Positions 1 to 7,302 of a stretch of DNA of 17,323 nt are shown here, in pieces; within the stretch, counting starts at the first letter, position 1, and every line of letters starts with the position of its first letter. The notes under the pieces are model-generated. The model had not been told where the DNA came from. It searched no databases and was given only the letters and a program-made list of their open reading frames with translations. Source of the stretch: an uncultured Gammaproteobacteria bacterium (GTDB lineage: Bacteria; Patescibacteriota; Patescibacteriia; UBA2591; UBA6264); contig CAZDOL010000003.1 of NCBI GenBank assembly GCA_964507075.1, positions 1 to 17,323 on the forward strand, in the 5' to 3' direction. A program made the translations under genes and the position numbers.

Positions 1-39
1 AGCTTTTTAAAATATATACAAAAAACATAAACAAAAATT

Positions 40-114
40 TGGAGCGGGTAGGGGGAATCGAACCCCCGTCATCAGGTTGGAAACCTGAGATAATAACCAT
101 TATACGATACCCGC
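40..114 (-). tRNA. tRNA-Gly (anticodon UCC), CCA encoded
   Basis: The reverse complement reads GCGGGTA..TCAGG-TTTCCAA-CCTGA..GGGGG-TTCGATT-CCCCC-TACCCGC-T-CCA. It has a 7-bp acceptor stem, TCC at anticodon positions 34-36, a canonical T-loop and a U73 discriminator. Confidence 0.93.
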
Positions 115-127
115 CAAATTATTATTT

Positions 128-155
128 ATTATATCATATTTTTAAGAATTGACAA
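128..155 (-). promoter_or_regulatory. Sigma70-type promoter for tRNA-Gly
   Basis: On the minus strand: TTGTCA (155..150), 16-nt spacer, TATAAT (133..128). The -10 box ends 13 nt upstream of the tRNA 5' end. Confidence 0.6.
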
Positions 156-177
156 ACTGATTTATTTCCCTTATTAT
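149..177 (+). promoter_or_regulatory. Sigma70-type promoter for the adaptor/ABC operon
   Basis: TTGACA (149-154), 17-nt spacer, TATTAT (172-177). Only 9 nt separate the -10 box from the ATG at 187. Confidence 0.6.
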
Positions 178-186
178 GAATGATGT

Positions 187-1929
187 ATGAAAAAATCTAA
201 GAAAAAAATTATTATTTTTGTAATTATAATTTTTGTCTTTGTTGTGGGTTATTTGTCTTTGCGTAACAACAAGGGCACGGATTATGATTTTATTATAGCC
301 CAAAAAGATAATCTTTTTCAAGAAGTTAACGTAACAGGACAAGTGAAACCCACAGAGTCAGTTGATTTGGGGTTAGAGGTTAGCGGAAAAGTTGACAAAA
401 TTTATGTTAAAGTCGGAGATAAGGTAGTCCCCGAGCAATTATTAGTTGCCCTAGATAGTAGTGAATTGAATATTCAGTTATTGCAATTAGGGGCAGAAAC
501 AGAAAGTGCGCAGGCTAATTTAGACCAGTATAGAGCAGCGGCTGATGTCCAGCAAGCAAAGCTAGATGAATTAATGCAAGGCTCTCGCCCCGAGGAGATT
601 CAGATTGCTGAAACTAAGGTAGCAAATGCAAGAGAAGCATTGGTTGATGCTAAAAATAATTTAGAAAATATCCGTGACAAGGCGAGCATTGATTTATTGA
701 ATCTTTATAACGACATTGAAGACATACTCTATGATTCTTACTCTAAGGCTGACAGCGCTGTCAACGAACAAATAGACGAAATGTTCTCAAACGATTCCTC
801 CAGTAATCCGGAATTAACTTTTTTTACTTCTGATTCTCAAGGGAAAATTGATGTGGAGCAACAAAGAAAAAACGCAACAGAAATTCTTGATATTATAAAA
901 AATGACCTTGATAATGTTTCTTTAGAGACAGATTTTTTGGTTCTAGATAGTTTTTTAAGTAACACCAGAGATAATCTTTCGACCATTAGAGATTTATTAA
1001 ATAGCTTAAATAATGTAGTTAATTCTGCTATTAATCTCTCTCAAACTACACTTAATACATATAAAAGCAATATTAGTACTGCTCAAACAAACATCAACAC
1101 AGCACTATCTAATATTAATAGCCAAGAACAACTCATCGCCAGTCAAAGAATCGTTAATCAGAATAACATTGCTACTTCCCAGAGCAGTCTTAATGCCTAT
1201 CAAAATGCTTTATATTTAGCTGAAGATGAGTTGATTCTCAAACAATCAGGAGCAACTAATGAACAAATCAAAGCGCAAGAGGCCCTGGTATCTCAGGCAA
1301 AATTGAATATTGTTTCTCAACAAGCTCAAGTAAAACGCGCTCAAGCTAATTTACAAAGCACTAACATTCAGCTTCTTAAAATGGAATTGCGTGCTCCTTT
1401 GGAGGGAATTATAACCAAACAAGAAGCCAAGATTGGTGAAATTATTTCAGCTAACTCTTCTTTCATTACTATTATTTCAGATAATAATTTCAAAATTGAA
1501 GCCAACATTCCCGAGGTTGATATTGCTAAAATTGAATTAAATGATTCAGCAAAAGTAAGGTTGGACGCTTATGAGAGTAATGTTGTTTTTGAAGCTAATT
1601 TAATTGGTATTGACCCCGCAGAGACAATTATTGAGGGCGTTTCTACATATAAGGTAACTTTTTATTTTACCAGAGAAGATGAACGCATAAAATCTGGAAT
1701 GACTGCCGATATTGATATTTTAACTGACGAACGTCAAGGGGTTATTGTTATTCCCGGCAGGGCTGTTTTTGGAAAGGATGGAGATAAATTTGTTAGGGTT
1801 GTGGGTTTAGGGGAAATTATTTCAGAAATTAAAGTGGAAACAGGATTAAAGGGGACATTGGGTCAAATAGAAATCACAAAGGGAATAGTAGAAGGCGACA
1901 AAATAATTACTATTTTAAGAGAAAATTAA
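187..1929 (+). CDS. HlyD/MacA-family membrane-fusion (periplasmic adaptor) protein with an unusually long coiled-coil region
   Basis: N-terminal TM helix (IIIFVIIIFVFVVGYL). Split lipoyl-like motifs (VTGQVKP..VDLGLEVSGKV..VKVGDKV and LRAPLEGIITK). A long Q/A/N/S-rich helical segment and a C-terminal beta-barrel-like part. Lies directly upstream of the ABC ATPase. Confidence 0.85.
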   Translation: MKKSKKKIIIFVIIIFVFVVGYLSLRNNKGTDYDFIIAQKDNLFQEVNVTGQVKPTESVDLGLEVSGKVDKIYVKVGDKVVPEQLLVALDSSELNIQLLQLGAETESAQANLDQYRAAADVQQAKLDELMQGSRPEEIQIAETKVANAREALVDAKNNLENIRDKASIDLLNLYNDIEDILYDSYSKADSAVNEQIDEMFSNDSSSNPELTFFTSDSQGKIDVEQQRKNATEILDIIKNDLDNVSLETDFLVLDSFLSNTRDNLSTIRDLLNSLNNVVNSAINLSQTTLNTYKSNISTAQTNINTALSNINSQEQLIASQRIVNQNNIATSQSSLNAYQNALYLAEDELILKQSGATNEQIKAQEALVSQAKLNIVSQQAQVKRAQANLQSTNIQLLKMELRAPLEGIITKQEAKIGEIISANSSFITIISDNNFKIEANIPEVDIAKIELNDSAKVRLDAYESNVVFEANLIGIDPAETIIEGVSTYKVTFYFTREDERIKSGMTADIDILTDERQGVIVIPGRAVFGKDGDKFVRVVGLGEIISEIKVETGLKGTLGQIEITKGIVEGDKIITILREN

Positions 1930-1934
1930 GAAGC

Positions 1935-2666
1935 ATGTCTACTCAAAAAATTCCCTTAATTCTCGTTAAGGGCTTAGAAAAAATTTATTATAATGGTGAA
2001 ATAAGCACTCCAGCCGTTCAAGGGGTGTCTTTTGTTGTTCAAGAGGGTCAATTTGTTGCGATAATCGGAGCTTCTGGTTCTGGCAAATCCACATTGCTTC
2101 ATATTTTGGGATTTTTAGAGAGACAAACAAAGGGTGATTATTTATTTGACGGCAAAACAATGAGCGCCTATTCAGAAGAAGATTTGGCTCACATTAGGAA
2201 CAAGAAAATAGGATTTGTTTTTCAATCTTTTAATCTTTTAAAAAAGACAACTGTCTTTAATAATGTTAGGTTGCCTTTAATTTATTCTAAAGTGAAAGAA
2301 TCTTTATGGGATGACTTAACAATGGAAGCTATAGAAAAGGTTGGGCTTACTCATCGTAAAGATTATGAAACATCTAAGTTGTCGGGTGGAGAAAAGCAAA
2401 GAGTAGCAATAGCAAGGGCTTTGGTTAATAAACCAAAGATTATTTTTGCCGATGAGCCAACAGGTAACCTTGATTCGCGTTCTGGACAAGTCATTATGGA
2501 TATTATTCAAAAATTACACGAGAGTGGACATACCATTGTTTTGATTACTCATGAAAAATACACTTCTGAGATGGCAGAAAGAATAATAAAACTTAGGGAT
2601 GGAAAAATCGTTAGTGATTTGTCGGTAGATAGTCGTCATTTTGCTAAAGAAGGTTTTGTTAAATAA
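1935..2666 (+). CDS. ABC transporter ATP-binding protein (MacB/LolD-type)
   Basis: Walker A GASGSGKST, ABC signature LSGGEKQRVAIARAL, Walker B IIFADEPT, H-loop LITHE. Starts 5 nt after the adaptor stop. Confidence 0.93.
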   Translation: MSTQKIPLILVKGLEKIYYNGEISTPAVQGVSFVVQEGQFVAIIGASGSGKSTLLHILGFLERQTKGDYLFDGKTMSAYSEEDLAHIRNKKIGFVFQSFNLLKKTTVFNNVRLPLIYSKVKESLWDDLTMEAIEKVGLTHRKDYETSKLSGGEKQRVAIARALVNKPKIIFADEPTGNLDSRSGQVIMDIIQKLHESGHTIVLITHEKYTSEMAERIIKLRDGKIVSDLSVDSRHFAKEGFVK

Positions 2667-2782
2667 AGGGCTTTGTCTAACAAAATCAAACCCGTAGGGT
2701 GAAGATTTTTCAGCAACAAAACCTTTACCCTGTTAAATAAAATCTTCGATTTTAATTTGCTTCGCAAATTATTTAACAGGGT
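2650..2782. repeat. Nested perfect inverted repeats forming a multi-hairpin intergenic element between the ATPase and permease genes
   Basis: An 11-bp stem AAGGTTTTGTT (2650-2660, inside the last codons of the ATPase) pairs with AACAAAACCTT (2715-2725). A 14-bp stem ACCCTGTTAAATAA (2727-2740) pairs with TTATTTAACAGGGT (2769-2782). The second stem encloses two TTC-triloop hairpins, TAAAATC-TTC-GATTTTA (2738-2754) and AATTTGC-TTC-GCAAATT (2754-2770). There is also ACCC-GTA-GGGT at 2690-2700. Confidence 0.7.
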
Positions 2783-2839
2783 ACTCAAAAATATAATAAA
2801 ATTTAGTTCGCTTCGCTCCGAAATTTTAACATTTTTGGT

Positions 2840-4087
2840 ATGCACATTAGATTCATTTTACAAACTTCTCTAAAAGCTATAATAACGAATAAATCTCGTT
2901 CTGTTTTAACGGTTCTAGGCATTGTTATAGGTATCAGTTCCATTGTTTTAATTATGTCTATTGGTCAGGCAGCTGAATCTTTAATATTAAGAGAAGTGGA
3001 AACTCTGGGTGGAAATTTTGTTCAAATTAATCCTGGCAAAGAAATGAAGGGTCCCAGCGATATGGCAACTAATTTACTGTTAGATTCTTTAAAAGAAAGA
3101 GATATCAAGGCCTTAAAAAATAAAAGTAATGTTCCTGACCTGAAAGACATTACTCCCTCTTTAATGGTGCCAAGTAGTGTTTCTTATAAAGGAGAGATTT
3201 ATCGGCCGACTATTCTTGGCTGGACTGCTGATTGGTTGGGTAAACTTTACGATATCTATCCAGCAGAGGGAAATTATTTTACAGAAGATGACATTAAATC
3301 TCGAAGAGCAGTAGCCGTTATTGGACAGAAAGTAAAGGAAGAGCTTTTTGGTTCTGCTGATGCTATTGGAGAAAAAATTAAAATTAAAAATAAATATTTT
3401 AGAATAGTAGCAATCCTTCCTCCAAGCGGTTCAGTTTCTTCTTTTATGGATGTAGATAAATTTATTGTTATTCCATATTCTGTTGCTCAAAAATATATTC
3501 TTGGCATTGATTATTATCAGGAGATTCATATTATGGCCCAAAGCGAAGCGGTAGTTCCCAGAATGGTGGAAGACATTAAGTTAACTTTGAGAGATTTACA
3601 CGACATTGAAGAAGGAGAAGATGATGATTTTAGTGTAACAACCCAGGGCGATATAATTGACACCATAAAGTTGGTTACCGACGTCTTAACCATTCTTTTG
3701 ACTTCAGTGGCTGCGATTTCTTTAGTTGTTGGTGGAGTGGGAATTATGAATATTATGTTAGTTTCGGTTACAGAGAGAACTCAAGAAATTGGCTTAAGGA
3801 AGGCGTTGGGAGCAACTAGCAAAAATGTTTTAACTCAATTTCTAATTGAATCAATAATTTTGACAGCCATGGGGGGCATTATAGGAATCATTTTAGGAAT
3901 AGGCCTTTCTTTTCTATCAGCTTTAGTTTTAGCAAAAGCTGTTGGCCCAGGATGGCAGTTTAGTGTTTCAATTCAAGCAATTTTTCTGGGTTTAGGGGTG
4001 GCTGGTTCAGTTGGTTTAATTTTCGGATTTTATCCGGCTCGCAAAGCCGCTAAGCTTAGTCCGATTGAAGCCCTAAGACACGAGTAA
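2840..4087 (+). CDS. ABC transporter permease, FtsX/MacB family
   Basis: N-terminal TM helix (RSVLTVLGIVIGISSIVLIM), a large extracytoplasmic domain, then a C-terminal FtsX-type 3-TM bundle (ERTQEIGLRKALGA..YPARKAAKLSPIEALRHE). Confidence 0.9.
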   Translation: MHIRFILQTSLKAIITNKSRSVLTVLGIVIGISSIVLIMSIGQAAESLILREVETLGGNFVQINPGKEMKGPSDMATNLLLDSLKERDIKALKNKSNVPDLKDITPSLMVPSSVSYKGEIYRPTILGWTADWLGKLYDIYPAEGNYFTEDDIKSRRAVAVIGQKVKEELFGSADAIGEKIKIKNKYFRIVAILPPSGSVSSFMDVDKFIVIPYSVAQKYILGIDYYQEIHIMAQSEAVVPRMVEDIKLTLRDLHDIEEGEDDDFSVTTQGDIIDTIKLVTDVLTILLTSVAAISLVVGGVGIMNIMLVSVTERTQEIGLRKALGATSKNVLTQFLIESIILTAMGGIIGIILGIGLSFLSALVLAKAVGPGWQFSVSIQAIFLGLGVAGSVGLIFGFYPARKAAKLSPIEALRHE

Positions 4088-4140
4088 AAACAAAAAAATA
4101 CTATCAAATTTTAATAGTATTATCTATCAGCGATTTATTT

Positions 4141-4169
4141 GGGAACCGAGTTCCCAAGTGTTTTAATTT
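4141..4169 (+). terminator. Candidate intrinsic terminator after the permease gene
   Basis: GGGAAC-CGA-GTTCCC hairpin (4141-4155) followed by AAGTGTTTTAATTT. The T-tract is interrupted, so this is a weak call. Confidence 0.4.
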
Positions 4170-4173
4170 GGTC

Positions 4174-4210
4174 GGTACGCTGAGCGTACCATGGGCCAAG
4201 CTAAGCTTGG
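4174..4210 (-). other. tRNA-Pro 3' trailer with two triloop hairpins, the first containing the encoded CCA
   Basis: In tRNA sense: CCAAGC-TTA-GCTTGG (4210..4196), CCCAT, then GGTACGC-TCA-GCGTACC (4190..4174). Same architecture as the tRNA-Ser trailer. Confidence 0.75.
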
Positions 4211-4283
4211 TCGGGACGGAGAGACTCGAACTCTCGATTTCCTGCTCCCAAAGCAGGCGCCTTAGCCACTAGGCTACGCCCCG
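4208..4283 (-). tRNA. tRNA-Pro (anticodon UGG), CCA encoded
   Basis: The reverse complement reads CGGGGCG-TA-GCCT..AGGC-G-CCTGC-TTTGGGA-GCAGG-AAATC-GAGAG-TTCGAGT-CTCTC-CGTCCCG-A-CCA, a 76-nt cloverleaf with TGG at positions 34-36. Confidence 0.93.
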
Positions 4284-4284
4284 T

Positions 4285-5805
4285 TTAATACATTTGCGTT
4301 AGATTGATATTGGTATAATAATATTTTAATATTTGGGAATAATTTGCTCCTTGGCGAGCAGCAGCCATTCCTCCAACTTGAGGAAGACCTACTCCGTGCC
4401 CAAGCATACTTTGTCCTTGGCTAGGTGGGTCTAATTTTGGCTGTAAGTAAGCAACGGGCGCAGCAGTCATATTTGCTTCATAAGAAGATATGGTTGAACC
4501 ATTACTATGGGCGAAATAATATGCCAATATAGGCTCATTATCATATGTAGCAATAATCCCTTTAGTTGAATCTACTGCTACTGATGTATTGGATGCCCTC
4601 ATCTCTCTGTTATACCCTCTGTAGACTTGGTCAGCCTGAGTACTGCGTAAAGTAAAAAAAGGTTCTCCGTTAGGAGTGTTCGTATATTTTGGCGTTAAAT
4701 AACGGAAGAGACCGTAAGTTCTAGCAGCAATTTTTTGAGCTTTTAAGAATTCAAATGGAGCTAAATCTGACACCTCTGCAACTCCTTTTAGATATTTTTC
4801 TAAAGAGAGTTCATTGATTAACCAAAGACGTCCAGTATTAGGATTATATTGAACTTCAACATCACCACGAAATTCATTATCATTAACATTCTGCCCCCAG
4901 AAAGGACCGTTAGTCCAGCTATTGATTTCAAATACATTCTCATCATTTGATGATAATTTTATATAAGAATCAGTCATTAATAATCTTTTTCCATTACTAT
5001 CATTAAGAAAATAGTATCCAGTCTCATAATTATAATCTATTTCTATGATTTCTCCAGCTGTATTGCGAACTAAAAGTTTATTGTTTTGGTCGTAAATATC
5101 GTAAAGTTTATTATTGAAGCTAGAGATTCTAAAGGGTAAGTAATCATTCTTTTCTTCCGAATCTACGAAAAGAAGTCCAACACGCACATTAGGTCCGTCC
5201 GCAAGTTGATTCCAGCGAAGTTGATTTTCAATAGTTATTGAAGGAGAAACAGTTTGCCAAAATAATTGTTCTGGTTCTGGCTCAGGAATGGGCTCTGGTG
5301 ATGGTTCTGGCTCAGGAATGGGCTCTGGTTCACTTGCTTCCTCTGCTTCGCTTAAAACCTTAATTGCTATTTCTATCTCTCCTCCTGGAATGATAGTTGA
5401 GCCGGCAAAAAGATTAAATTTTTCCCATTTTATTCCGGGTTCAGATGGGGCATTAACCCTAAACCTAAAGAGCGCTTCGCCTTCTTGCTCAATGGTTAAA
5501 ACGGGGTTAACGCGATTTGGTGTATAGCTATTATACCAAGTAGGGTGGCTAAATTTACTTTTCATCCCGCTTATGGTTCTGAGAGTTACAGCTTGAGCCC
5601 CATCCCCTCGCCAATATTGGGAGCCAATATTTTTAAATTTTACCCAGAATTCTAAAGATTGGCCTGAGTAAAGCTCTGGCAAGGAAATATGACTTTGTTC
5701 CAATCTTTTTGCTTGATATATATTTTCAGCGCGAGTTGTTAATGGCAGAACAAGAAAAGTAAGAGCAAATATTAATCCTATTTTAGGTAAGGTAAATTTT
5801 GACAT
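4285..5805 (-). CDS. Secreted SpoIID/LytB-domain protein with an N-terminal Ig-like domain and a Pro/Glu linker
   Basis: Signal peptide (LIFALTFLVLPLTTRA). Linker EPEPIPEPEPSPEPIPEPEPE. C-terminal SpoIID hallmarks: LEKYLKGVAEV..FLKAQKIAARTY, DQVYRGY, AVDSTKGIIATY, YFAHSNGST, GHGVGLPQVGGMAAARQG..ILKYYY. Confidence 0.85.
   Translation of the reverse strand: MSKFTLPKIGLIFALTFLVLPLTTRAENIYQAKRLEQSHISLPELYSGQSLEFWVKFKNIGSQYWRGDGAQAVTLRTISGMKSKFSHPTWYNSYTPNRVNPVLTIEQEGEALFRFRVNAPSEPGIKWEKFNLFAGSTIIPGGEIEIAIKVLSEAEEASEPEPIPEPEPSPEPIPEPEPEQLFWQTVSPSITIENQLRWNQLADGPNVRVGLLFVDSEEKNDYLPFRISSFNNKLYDIYDQNNKLLVRNTAGEIIEIDYNYETGYYFLNDSNGKRLLMTDSYIKLSSNDENVFEINSWTNGPFWGQNVNDNEFRGDVEVQYNPNTGRLWLINELSLEKYLKGVAEVSDLAPFEFLKAQKIAARTYGLFRYLTPKYTNTPNGEPFFTLRSTQADQVYRGYNREMRASNTSVAVDSTKGIIATYDNEPILAYYFAHSNGSTISSYEANMTAAPVAYLQPKLDPPSQGQSMLGHGVGLPQVGGMAAARQGANYSQILKYYYTNINLTQMY
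5273..5328. repeat. In-frame 30-bp tandem repeat encoding the PE-rich linker
   Basis: GGTTCTGGCTCAGGAATGGGCTCTGG occurs at 5273-5298 and again at 5303-5328, a 30-bp period equal to 10 codons on the minus-strand CDS. Confidence 0.85.
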
Positions 5806-5811
5806 GTTTTC

Positions 5812-5840
5812 ACTTTAACCAGAATTAAATTAGAAGTCAA
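5812..5840 (-). promoter_or_regulatory. Sigma70-type promoter for the SpoIID-domain gene
   Basis: On the minus strand: TTGACT (5840..5835), 17-nt spacer, TAAAGT (5817..5812). Only 6 nt (GAAAAC) precede the ATG at 5805. Confidence 0.6.
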
Positions 5841-5844
5841 TATC

Positions 5845-5873
5845 TTGATACTCTCTTCTTTTCTTGATATCAT
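5845..5873 (+). promoter_or_regulatory. Sigma70-type promoter for the flippase/ligase genes
   Basis: TTGATA (5845-5850), 17-nt spacer, TATCAT (5868-5873). Only 6 nt (AAGATT) precede the ATG at 5880. Confidence 0.6.
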
Positions 5874-5879
5874 AAGATT

Positions 5880-7301
5880 ATGTTTTTAATTCAGAAAATT
5901 GGGCGCAATACATTAGTACATTTTTGCAGTAAGATTATTAGTCTTTTTTTAAATGTTTTTGTTTTTGCATTAATCGCGCGTTATTTGGGCGCAACTGGTT
6001 TTGGAGAGTTTACTATTGTTATTGCTTATCTTCAGGGCTTTGCAATTTTTGCTGATTTAGGATTGTATATGACTTTTATTCAGATGCTTTCTTTGCCAAA
6101 TGCAAATGAAGAAAAGATTGCCAGCAATTTTTTTACGATTCGTTTAGTTTCTAGTATTTTTCTTTTATCTCTTGCTCCCGCAATATGTCTATTAATCCCA
6201 CAATATTCTCATCTTGTTAAGTTGGGCATTGCCGTCACCGCAATTTCTTTTCTTTTCGGTTCTTTGAGCCAACTTTTAACTGGTTTTTTTCAGAAAAAAA
6301 TGGAAATGTTAAAAGTTGCAATTGCTGAAATAGTTAGTAAGTTAGTTTTTGTCAGCTTGATGTGTTTTGTTGTTTATTCAGATATTGGTTTTTTGAGTAT
6401 TTTGGGTGTAGTAGTTGTTGGCGGATTCGTAAATTTTATTTTACTTTATTTATTTTCGCGTAAATTTGTTAAGATTTCTTTGCGTTTTGATAAAACAATT
6501 TGGCGTAATGCGATTAAAAAAACATGGCCTATTGGGTTATCAATTATTTTAACTACAATTTATTTTAAAGGAGATACTATTATTCTTTCTTTATTTAAAT
6601 CATCACAAGAAGTAGGTATTTATGGCGCTGCTTATAGAATATTAGAGGCCTTAATTATGTTTCCGCCAATTTTTATGGGTTTAATTCTGCCGCATTTAAC
6701 TTTGGCTTGGGCCAAGAAAGATATTTTTACTTTTAAGCGAATTTTTCAAAAATCATTTGATTTTTTCGCTCTTATGACCATACCATTGATAGTCGGTGTT
6801 TTGTTTTTAGCTAAACCTTTAATGGTGTTTATCGCTGGCTCAGAATTTGCTATTTCTGCAGAACCACTTAAAATCCTAATCTTCGCAACAACGCTTATTT
6901 TTTTCGGGAGTTTAGTTAGCCATGCGATTATTGCCATGAACAAACAACGTACAATGCTTAGGTTTTATTGTTTAGCGGCAGTAGTGGCATTGATTGGATA
7001 TTTGATTTTTATCCCACGCTATTCTTATTATGGAGCGGCGTATGTGACCATTGTTGCCGAGTTTATAATTACCATTTCTGCTTTTGTAATTATTAAACAA
7101 ACTAGTAAATTTTCTCCTTCTTTAAAAATTTTTAGACCAGTAATTTTATCTAGTTTAGTAATGGGACTTGTTTTGTTTATTTTTAACCAAGCCAATTTAT
7201 TTTTATTAATTCTTTTAGCAATTATTGTTTACACCTCGGTTTTATATTTATCAGGAGGGATAAACAAAAAAATGATTAGAGATATAATTAAAACAAATTA
7301 G
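5880..7301 (+). CDS. MOP-superfamily polysaccharide/lipid-linked oligosaccharide flippase (Wzx/MurJ-like)
   Basis: About 14 predicted hydrophobic helices over 473 aa, with the typical polysaccharide-biosynthesis-protein layout. Adjacent to an O-antigen-ligase-like gene. Confidence 0.75.
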   Translation: MFLIQKIGRNTLVHFCSKIISLFLNVFVFALIARYLGATGFGEFTIVIAYLQGFAIFADLGLYMTFIQMLSLPNANEEKIASNFFTIRLVSSIFLLSLAPAICLLIPQYSHLVKLGIAVTAISFLFGSLSQLLTGFFQKKMEMLKVAIAEIVSKLVFVSLMCFVVYSDIGFLSILGVVVVGGFVNFILLYLFSRKFVKISLRFDKTIWRNAIKKTWPIGLSIILTTIYFKGDTIILSLFKSSQEVGIYGAAYRILEALIMFPPIFMGLILPHLTLAWAKKDIFTFKRIFQKSFDFFALMTIPLIVGVLFLAKPLMVFIAGSEFAISAEPLKILIFATTLIFFGSLVSHAIIAMNKQRTMLRFYCLAAVVALIGYLIFIPRYSYYGAAYVTIVAEFIITISAFVIIKQTSKFSPSLKIFRPVILSSLVMGLVLFIFNQANLFLLILLAIIVYTSVLYLSGGINKKMIRDIIKTN

Positions 7302-7302
7302 T

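Noticed and set aside
142-342. Other antisense or overlapping short ORFs in the track (142-342, 1966-2160, 2316-2510, 5288-5527, 6746-6943, 8319-8591, 11737-11949, 12713-12979, 13309-13512, 16142-16336)
   Set aside because: Each lies within, and opposite to, a well-supported longer CDS, or across a tRNA or promoter. None has a recognisable motif.
2636-2845. 69-aa minus-strand ORF spanning the ATPase-permease spacer
   Set aside because: It is antisense inside an operon and overlaps both flanking CDS ends. Its sequence is dictated by the inverted repeats, and no promoter is evident.
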